The notes under the pieces are model-generated. The model had not been told where the DNA came from and did no database searches. It saw only the letters and a list, made by a program, of their open reading frames with translations. A program made the translations under genes and the position numbers. A stretch of 64,000 nucleotides of DNA from Candidatus Omnitrophota bacterium (GTDB taxonomy: Bacteria; Omnitrophota; Gorgyraeia; B26-G9): assembly GCA_043814605.1 (NCBI GenBank), contig JBDRJV010000017.1:5445-69444 (forward strand), in the 5' to 3' direction. Shown here in pieces: positions 57,108 to 64,000 of the stretch (position 1 is the first letter of the stretch; each line of letters opens with the position of its first letter).

Positions 57108-58106
57108 TCACCAATCCGGAAAAGGTTTATGCAGCCAAGTATTAATCAGCCGATCTTTTTGTTTTAATAAATCTGGCTGAACTTGAATATTTTTAAGTTT
57201 ATCTTCAAGCTGTTTATATCGTTTTGATTTTTTAAAAACATATACATAAACAGATATAAATATTATCAAGACAATAAAATCATTATTAAAAGTTAGAATT
57301 CCCTGCACAAAAACATAAATTAATAATATTAATGGCGTGGTTAAAAATATTAAAACAGGAAAAAAAACATACATTTGCCAGGCAATTATTTTCTTAAACT
57401 CATCAAAACTATTTTTAGAATCTAGCTGGGAATATTTAGCTAGGAATTCTTGAGATTTTTTTACGGTAATATTATATACAGCTAAACCTAAACCTACTAA
57501 ACTAAAAAATAAAATTATAAATATTAACTTTTTTAATCGATAATCTATATTCTTCACACCAGGCCAAAATATGAGCATGATTTGATTTGCTTCGGTCATT
57601 TTTTGGTGTCCGCTAGGTAATTTAACCTTGGTTTGAGTTTGTCCGGATCGCATCAGCGTAATTGTAGCATCATTAGCTTGCCAAACCATGGCTGCTCCGT
57701 TTACTCCCATATTGGCTTGAACACCAGCTTGTCCATACTTAGCTGTGAAATCTTTTACTATCTTTTCCCAATTTATACTATTCGCATACAGAACAAAAAT
57801 TCCAAACAGTTTGGTATTACTAATAAAATAATACTCCCTTTCAATATCGTTATTTCTTGATTTTTCTATTAATATCTTATCAAATTGAATGTTATCTTTT
57901 TTTGTTTCAAATTCTAAAGGATCTATTTCTTTAAGATTTGGATATTGTGTTTTAAGCAGGTTTTCATCAATACCGAGAGGGATATTATTATATGAAGCTT
58001 TAGAGAAATTACAGCCGGAAAATGAAACTATGAATAAAGAAAGTATAATAAATTCTAGGAAAAACATCCTGTTGCCTAAGTACTTTTTCCTCATAGAGTT
58101 AAACAT
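57108..58106 (-). CDS. Hypothetical membrane protein (track ORF to 58181 overlaps thyX; internal Met start preferred)
   Basis: Several TM helices. Confidence 0.45.
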   Translation of the reverse strand: MFNSMRKKYLGNRMFFLEFIILSLFIVSFSGCNFSKASYNNIPLGIDENLLKTQYPNLKEIDPLEFETKKDNIQFDKILIEKSRNNDIEREYYFISNTKLFGIFVLYANSINWEKIVKDFTAKYGQAGVQANMGVNGAAMVWQANDATITLMRSGQTQTKVKLPSGHQKMTEANQIMLIFWPGVKNIDYRLKKLIFIILFFSLVGLGLAVYNITVKKSQEFLAKYSQLDSKNSFDEFKKIIAWQMYVFFPVLIFLTTPLILLIYVFVQGILTFNNDFIVLIIFISVYVYVFKKSKRYKQLEDKLKNIQVQPDLLKQKDRLINTWLHKPFPDW

Positions 58107-59616
58107 TAATTTTTTTAACTCCCGGCAATAAAGCTTCTGTAACTTTAGGCAATTTCCCATAAATCCCTGCATAAATTTCATTATATTTGTCTTTACCGCC
58201 GATTAAATCAAAAATAAATGGCACGTTTTCTTTGGCTAATTTAGTCATTTTACGCGAGATATCCTGAATGTCCCATTGTGCATGTGTATCTTCTCTTAAA
58301 CGGGAAATATGATATAATTCCCGACCATTTACCCGGATTAAAACCCGTTTTCGGTGGGAATTAGTTAGAATGTAACTAGCGGCCAGCGGAATTTGTCGAT
58401 TTATTTCATCATAAACTTTATTAGTTTTATCCACAATCTCCATAAAATATTCCTGCATCTTTATTTCCTTAATCGCTTCTGGTATTGTATTGCCCAGATT
58501 TGGATCATAACTTTGAGCTGTTATTGTAGACATCCGGTGTCTTTTTAACTGGCCAAAGCAGGCTGACGATAAAACAATATTATAAGTAAGGTTTATATAT
58601 TCAAATTCCCGCGGCATTGTATCGTAAAATTGCATATTCTGCCAAACTGTTTTTAAAATCTCTTTTTTATCTATATCGTTTAAGGCTTTAATAATGTTTT
58701 TACATTCAGTATAAGGTTTATCCGTAGCAACGCACAATAGTGAACTCAATACAATAAGATCTGCATCTTTGGTTAGTTCCACTAAAGAAACATCGCTATT
58801 TACGGCCATATCCGTAGTCTTAGCATTTTCGGCAATAATTTTTGCCGCCACATCTTTTAATTGGCCAAATGTATGCTGATCAAAATCATTGGCTTGATGA
58901 AAAATTAGTATTGAAGGTGCTACTGCAGCAATTTGGTCGTATATAGTTCTCCCTAACTGTTTTACTTCTTTTAGAGGGTGCGAAGCAAACCTGCGTAAAA
59001 CTAATTCTAAATTACGCGCATTAATTGTTTGCCCAACCTGTGATTCTGTAGCCAGAGCCGTAATATATCGTGCATCTTCTTTTGCCCACCCCTCGAGTAG
59101 ATTATGATTTTTAGGATTAGCGGCTAAATCTGCGTATTTTTTAAAAATATGCGTTTTTAAATTTTTAAAAAGATTAACATAAGCCTGGTTTTGAGTTTCT
59201 ATCATAGCAATAAATTTTTTCTCTAAGGGAGTGCCTTTAATTTCCTCCGGAATAACAAAATCTTTATCCAGAGTAATATAGCGTTGTGATTTTTCGGTAT
59301 ACGAACAAAGCCTGAATTTTTCCAATTCCTCCATACAATAGCGAGAAATACCCAATATATCCAGATTAAACACAGCATGTTCGGCTACAGAATGATGTCC
59401 CATTTTAAAAATTATTGTTGAATTTGATTTACGAGATTTTTCTACTTCACTGCGTGCTAGTTCTCTAATAATATTAATGGGCCGGGAATCACGGCTTATT
59501 CGGGCATAAGCGGCAGAAATAACTTCCGGAGTTAAATCTTCTCTTTTTCCTGTTTTTGCTTCTAATTCTTTTAATATTGTTGTATCTACATTAAACCCCG
59601 CTAAATATACTTTCAT
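58099..59616 (-). CDS. thyX: FAD-dependent thymidylate synthase ThyX, tandem two-domain form (505 aa)
   Basis: C-terminal half has the RHR-x7-S signature (KRHRMSTITAQS). N-terminal half has a ThyX-like His block (GHHSVAEHAVF) but lacks RHR (ARISRDS). Confidence 0.75.
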   Translation of the reverse strand: MKVYLAGFNVDTTILKELEAKTGKREDLTPEVISAAYARISRDSRPINIIRELARSEVEKSRKSNSTIIFKMGHHSVAEHAVFNLDILGISRYCMEELEKFRLCSYTEKSQRYITLDKDFVIPEEIKGTPLEKKFIAMIETQNQAYVNLFKNLKTHIFKKYADLAANPKNHNLLEGWAKEDARYITALATESQVGQTINARNLELVLRRFASHPLKEVKQLGRTIYDQIAAVAPSILIFHQANDFDQHTFGQLKDVAAKIIAENAKTTDMAVNSDVSLVELTKDADLIVLSSLLCVATDKPYTECKNIIKALNDIDKKEILKTVWQNMQFYDTMPREFEYINLTYNIVLSSACFGQLKRHRMSTITAQSYDPNLGNTIPEAIKEIKMQEYFMEIVDKTNKVYDEINRQIPLAASYILTNSHRKRVLIRVNGRELYHISRLREDTHAQWDIQDISRKMTKLAKENVPFIFDLIGGKDKYNEIYAGIYGKLPKVTEALLPGVKKINV

Positions 59617-59654
59617 AAAATTCCCTTCCGATTAAAAGAATACTTTTCTGCATT

Positions 59655-60041
59655 TTAAGCATCTTTTTTTATCCAGATTACATATAACGGCTTGAGGCTA
59701 AAAATTACCATTACTAATAATAACCACCTAATTCTAACATCAAAAATATATGGTACTAATTTAGCAACTATAATCCCAAAAATCATTGCGCTAATTTGAG
59801 AACATTTCATATCGATAAATCCCATTTTTTTTACTTTTTTGTTAAAAAATGCTAAAAATCCTGTTTTTTTCTGACTTTTTCGACTAATCTCCCCCTTGTG
59901 CCCTATAACATAGCCAACTATTCCGCCAATAATCAGTAACACCACAATAGAACCAACTTTACAAAACGAACTTGGTAAATACCCTTGCAACATGCTGAAT
60001 AAAGGACAGCTATTCATAAATATTTCCTTTCTTATGGTCAA
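59655..60041 (-). CDS. Hypothetical small membrane protein
   Basis: 3-4 TM helices. Confidence 0.45.
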   Translation of the reverse strand: MTIRKEIFMNSCPLFSMLQGYLPSSFCKVGSIVVLLIIGGIVGYVIGHKGEISRKSQKKTGFLAFFNKKVKKMGFIDMKCSQISAMIFGIIVAKLVPYIFDVRIRWLLLVMVIFSLKPLYVIWIKKDA

Positions 60042-60091
60042 TTAATTTTACTGGTTAAATTACACTGTTTTGTTATTTTTTCTTTTATTTT

Positions 60092-62149
60092 TTATTCAGT
60101 TTTTTCTATTTCTGCATCCGCGGTTTTATTTGCCTTCTCATTTTTACCGATTTGCCTAGGGCTAAAAACATATTGCTGTTTTATATTGCCAGTTTGATCA
60201 TACCAGTTCCATAATCCATCCCGTTTTCCTTGTACATATCCGCCTTCTGTCTCAACTTTACCATCGGGGAAATACCAGCGGAAAAAACCGTTTTCTTTAC
60301 CTTGATCATAATTACCCGTAATTTTAACAATTCCATCTGTGTAATACCAAATAAACAATCCTTGTTTTTTTTTGTATTTATATTCTCCTTCTCTCAACTC
60401 ACTGCCTAAAGACTTTGCTTTTTCCCAATCCTGCTCCATCTTTAAAAACCAGCCCAGTTGTTTACATACAAGTCCTCTTAAAAAATATCCTTGGGCTTTA
60501 ACTTGTTTGTTTTCCGCTAATTTAATCGCTTTATTTAAATCCGCTACAGCTTTTTTATATTCTTCCTGCGCTTTATAAGAAAGAGCTCTTTGGGAAAGTA
60601 TACTAGCCATTTCATTTGCCTTAAAATTTATCAAGCTTAGCGTATTTTTATCTTCTCCCACTACTTCAAATAGTTTCTGCTTTTGTTCCATATCATCCTG
60701 AGCAATATTTTCTAGCTTTTGTATTGCTTTGTGATAATCATCAATTGCTTTTTCCTGTTCATTAATTTTTTGATAAAGATTACCGCGATTAAAAAAATCC
60801 CAATATTTTGCATAAACACCCTGTTCTTTTATAATCAGGGAAATATCCTCAATCGCTTTCTCATAATTATCCATAGCTTCATAAACTTGTGCTCTTGAAT
60901 AATAAGCAAAATAATTTTTAGGATTTAATTCGATAGCTTTCGTAAATTTTTCTAATGCATCGGGGTATTTACCTTCCTGCAGATAAACATTCCCTAAATC
61001 AATCAATGTTTGGCTTTGGGCAATTGATTCTATTTTTTTCTTCTTTAATCCTTCCTCATTTTCAGAAAACACCCAGTGTAATTTTTTCATATCCACCTGG
61101 CCTTGGACATCAATTGATTCTTTAATTAAATCCGCCCCCCCATCAAGCGCGGCCACTTTCTCGATAATTTGATTGTCTCCTTTGTTTTTTAGAAAATCTA
61201 AGATCCGAGAAAAATCAATTATCCCTTCCCTTGTTCTTGCCTGCTCCAGAGCTTGCTTTAGCTCTGGATCTTTCTCGGCCAGCTCAATAAGCTCAGCTTC
61301 TTTATCTTTGGAGATCTGGATTATTTCTTTGTCCAACTTTTGCGTTAAAACATCGGCATTTTTTGTTTTTTCCTGTAACTTATTAAATATTTGACTCATA
61401 TCCTGAATTTTAATATTTTCCGGCAGAATAAATTTATCCTTGGGAATTGGCACATCAAATTCTAGCTCTCTCACCATTTTAATATAAGCACCCGCAGTTA
61501 TATTTTCCGCTGAGATTTGTTTTAGGAGGATCCCCTGCCAAAAATAAAAAAGATTACTGCCTCTTTCATAAACATTACATATTTTACCCTCACACAGTTC
61601 TTTTTTTATAAAATTAGGGAAAAATCCCTTCTCGCCAAACCAAGAACCTAGAACATTTGGCTGCGCTTTCATTCTCACACCCATTTTTTGTGTGAGATCC
61701 ATAATATGAAATTGTTCCCCATTATATATACTTAACTGATGCAAGTTCTTTTTTGTGTTGCCGATAACTGCAGTTGTATTATTTTCAATCCTAAATTTAC
61801 TATTTTTAAAATCAGCAAATAATATTTCTTCTCCCTCTTGTGAACCGGTATATGCATATTTGATAATTACCGCAGAAAAAGGAACATTAAAAAAAGAAGC
61901 AATATTTTTATTTTCTGCTAAACCTTCAATCCGGATAATATCTTGTTTATCAAATTCAATCTTAATATTATTCCTTTCTAATATCACCTTTTCTTTATCA
62001 TCACTTAATAACTTGCCTTTGATAATTTCTCCCGAGGAGAGAAAAACACTAATTACATCCGTGTTTTTATCCGCTGCGGTTACTATAGATCCAGTATGCC
62101 AAAAATAAATTAGGCCGAAAAAAAATATTATTTTTTTAAAAAAAAGCAT
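60092..62149 (-). CDS. Secreted TPR-repeat protein with C-terminal MORN/YwqK-like repeats
   Basis: Signal peptide. TPR-like pairs. C-terminal GxxxGxWxxYxxxG repeats. Confidence 0.6.
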   Translation of the reverse strand: MLFFKKIIFFFGLIYFWHTGSIVTAADKNTDVISVFLSSGEIIKGKLLSDDKEKVILERNNIKIEFDKQDIIRIEGLAENKNIASFFNVPFSAVIIKYAYTGSQEGEEILFADFKNSKFRIENNTTAVIGNTKKNLHQLSIYNGEQFHIMDLTQKMGVRMKAQPNVLGSWFGEKGFFPNFIKKELCEGKICNVYERGSNLFYFWQGILLKQISAENITAGAYIKMVRELEFDVPIPKDKFILPENIKIQDMSQIFNKLQEKTKNADVLTQKLDKEIIQISKDKEAELIELAEKDPELKQALEQARTREGIIDFSRILDFLKNKGDNQIIEKVAALDGGADLIKESIDVQGQVDMKKLHWVFSENEEGLKKKKIESIAQSQTLIDLGNVYLQEGKYPDALEKFTKAIELNPKNYFAYYSRAQVYEAMDNYEKAIEDISLIIKEQGVYAKYWDFFNRGNLYQKINEQEKAIDDYHKAIQKLENIAQDDMEQKQKLFEVVGEDKNTLSLINFKANEMASILSQRALSYKAQEEYKKAVADLNKAIKLAENKQVKAQGYFLRGLVCKQLGWFLKMEQDWEKAKSLGSELREGEYKYKKKQGLFIWYYTDGIVKITGNYDQGKENGFFRWYFPDGKVETEGGYVQGKRDGLWNWYDQTGNIKQQYVFSPRQIGKNEKANKTADAEIEKTE

Positions 62150-62180
62150 TCTTTTCCTTTAAATAAATTCTTGTTATTGA

Positions 62181-62744
62181 TTATTTCCATTCTAAAAAAC
62201 ATTCAAAATCAGCCACAATATCCCCTTTATTTTCCAACTCTTCGAACCGATGGACAGTTAGAGAAACAGTTCCGATTAGCCCTAGAACCTCCATCCCTTG
62301 AGTAATTAAACCATGATGGTAATGAGGATAATTTTTATAATTTTTAAATATGATTTTATTTTTTTTCTCCGCTATTTCTTCAAACTCTACACTGCCAAAT
62401 TTGTTAATTTGCATATACCAAGAAGGAATTTTTTTAAATGTTTCGGCCGGATTATTTTTTAGAAAAGGCAGTGTTACCTTGCCTAATAAACTCTTTGCAA
62501 ATGTGTAAAATGCAATTTTGCCAAGTTCAAACATGCCTTGTTCTCTGGTTTTTTCAGGGAAAATATACTTTATGCATAACTGTTGGATTAAAACCAGCTC
62601 CTGGATAGAATAATCTTTAAACCCGATATATTCTAGCGGCTTGCCTAATTCCTTGGCTATTTGATTTTTTGTTTGTTCCCCAGATTTTTCCGTAATAAAT
62701 TTTATTACATCATTAAAATACATTCCCTTTGTGGTTTCCTGCAT
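62181..62744 (-). CDS. Cassette protein A4: diverged orphan paralog of the 186-aa family (no STAS partner)
   Basis: Shares TKGMxFN, GKPLxYIxFxDY, IIFKNYKNYP, GDIVADF blocks. ~35-40% identity to A1-A3. Confidence 0.6.
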   Translation of the reverse strand: MQETTKGMYFNDVIKFITEKSGEQTKNQIAKELGKPLEYIGFKDYSIQELVLIQQLCIKYIFPEKTREQGMFELGKIAFYTFAKSLLGKVTLPFLKNNPAETFKKIPSWYMQINKFGSVEFEEIAEKKNKIIFKNYKNYPHYHHGLITQGMEVLGLIGTVSLTVHRFEELENKGDIVADFECFLEWK

Positions 62745-62765
62745 TAATCACTCCCTCGCTTAAAA

Positions 62766-63068
62766 TCATTTTAAGTCAAGAATCAAATCATAATAACTTT
62801 TTAGCCTTTGCAGTAAATCATAAGTAACCTTAACTAAAATTATACTTACTCCGATCACCAAAATTATAATGATTAATTTTTGTTTTTTATTTAAATTAGG
62901 ATTCATCCAAACTAAAGGCAGGACAAACGGGCCAACTGCAAAAAAAAGAATGACGATGGATATTGGCTTAAAATACCATTTTATTTTTTTATTCAAAAAT
63001 TCTCCACAATGTTTACATTTTATTGCTTCCGGCTGGATCAGTTCTGCACAAAAAAGACATTTTTTCAT
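62766..63068 (-). CDS. Small zinc-ribbon + TM protein (100 aa)
   Basis: CLFC…CKHC N-terminal ribbon. Two TM helices. Confidence 0.45.
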   Translation of the reverse strand: MKKCLFCAELIQPEAIKCKHCGEFLNKKIKWYFKPISIVILFFAVGPFVLPLVWMNPNLNKKQKLIIIILVIGVSIILVKVTYDLLQRLKSYYDLILDLK

Positions 63069-63074
63069 ATTATT

Positions 63075-63455
63075 TTAAACTTGTTCAGACTTATCTTTAT
63101 AATCATCACGAAATTGCTGGCAAAATCTTTTAAAACGAGGCTCATAAATCAATTTGTATAAATGCATTTTTTCCGGATATGTCTCTTTGATCAGCTGTTT
63201 TAGCTTCTGCTTTTCTATTTCAATCTCTTCTTTTGTACATTCATTATTTAAAATCAAGCTGACAATTCTATCGGCAATTCTCCTGATTTCAGCCAGAGTC
63301 TCATTTTCTATTTTTAATTTATATTCAACGCAAATATTTTCCAGCTGAGCAAAAATTTCTTCATGTTCAATTCCCAAATTTTGGCCACAATCACAAATAA
63401 AACTTAAATAAATTCTGGTATGTTTTTTTTTGCATTTAGGGCAAATTATCGACAT
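63075..63455 (-). CDS. Small zinc-ribbon protein (126 aa) with coiled coil
   Basis: CPKC…CDC pattern. Confidence 0.45.
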   Translation of the reverse strand: MSIICPKCKKKHTRIYLSFICDCGQNLGIEHEEIFAQLENICVEYKLKIENETLAEIRRIADRIVSLILNNECTKEEIEIEKQKLKQLIKETYPEKMHLYKLIYEPRFKRFCQQFRDDYKDKSEQV

Positions 63456-63499
63456 TTTGACTCACCGAAAAAAATCAAATTTAAATTTGAAATTTTAAA

Positions 63500-63706
63500 T
63501 TAATTCCATTCAAAATTAGTACGATTAACAGCATCCTGCCAAGATTCTGATAAAGGTAATTCTTCTCCCTGAGGATCATAAGATTTCATTTTCTCCCAGC
63601 AAGAGAGACAGTAGAGACGATTTTTACGGATATTTAACGCTCCCCTGCCCTTTTGTAACTCTACCCCGCAGCTATCACATGCACATAACCCATTTAAAAT
63701 TGACAT
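63500..63706 (-). CDS. Small zinc-ribbon protein (68 aa)
   Basis: CACDSC…CLSC. Confidence 0.45.
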   Translation of the reverse strand: MSILNGLCACDSCGVELQKGRGALNIRKNRLYCLSCWEKMKSYDPQGEELPLSESWQDAVNRTNFEWN

Positions 63707-63718
63707 ATTATCATTTCC

Positions 63719-63937
63719 TTATCTTTTTTTGTTAAGGATACCTTCAACTGTAGTTTTATAGCTATGCAATAACTCATCTTCTGTAGAAAAATAAACTTTT
63801 TTTTGTGCTGGAAATGTTATCCACCAATACTTTGCACCCACAGGGGCATCTTTATCTACGCTTCGATCAACTTCGCCATAAGAATTATACGTTTGGATAA
63901 GATCTCCCATTTTATCCTCAAATTTATAATCTGGCAT
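63719..63937 (-). CDS. Small hypothetical protein (72 aa)
   Basis: ORF only. Confidence 0.35.
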   Translation of the reverse strand: MPDYKFEDKMGDLIQTYNSYGEVDRSVDKDAPVGAKYWWITFPAQKKVYFSTEDELLHSYKTTVEGILNKKR

Positions 63938-64000
63938 CAGAATAGTGTCTAATTTCCATTCGAGCAGGTAATCAAATATTTCACCATTACCATCCGCTAT

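Noticed and set aside
1-64000. CRISPR arrays, IS elements, integrase/transposase genes, rRNA
   Set aside because: No regularly spaced repeats, no DDE/tyrosine-recombinase-like ORFs, and no rRNA-like conserved stretches were seen, even though att-like tRNA scars are present.

Overview
This is an AT-rich bacterial window (roughly 30% GC by eye). Conserved housekeeping genes are interleaved with accessory and signalling loci. Confident core calls are: aroQ, pepP-like M24 peptidase, efp, accB, accC, Asp23, gmhA, the heptose-1-P adenylyltransferase domain, thiC, guaA, dnaE, hup, hisS, aroB, a GT4 / WecA-like / O-antigen-ligase envelope block, a GH1 glycosidase, an AmmeMemoRadiSam trio, and two tRNAs (Ala-CGC, Gly-CCC). 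Signalling content is dense: a FIST–GAF histidine kinase–REC/GGDEF-like operon, two PilT-type ATPases (one fused to PilZ), a stand-alone PilZ next to a GAF/HD-GYP protein, a class III nucleotidyl cyclase with TPR repeats, and a HAMP histidine kinase. The HAMP kinase is followed by a two-gene cassette repeated three times in tandem (a ~186-aa putative ligand-binding protein plus a ~123-aa STAS-like protein), with a fourth orphan paralog near the window end. The most accessory-looking region is 10.0-14.3 kb. It holds a 728-aa atypical radical SAM protein behind a ~700-nt structured leader, a small gene with near-consensus expression signals, flanking ~37-bp repeats, tRNA-Ala with a duplicated 3' end, and a cluster of GGGGAAA/TTTCCCC hairpins. 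tRNA-Gly also carries fragmentary copies on both sides, which suggests old integration or excision scars, but no integrase or transposase is visible. No CRISPR array, rRNA or recognisable IS element was found. Family assignments rest on motifs I could read directly (Walker A, CxxxCxxC, HD-GYP, GGDEF-like, HExxH, RHR..S, WCGPC, G3:U70 and others). They were not checked against any database.
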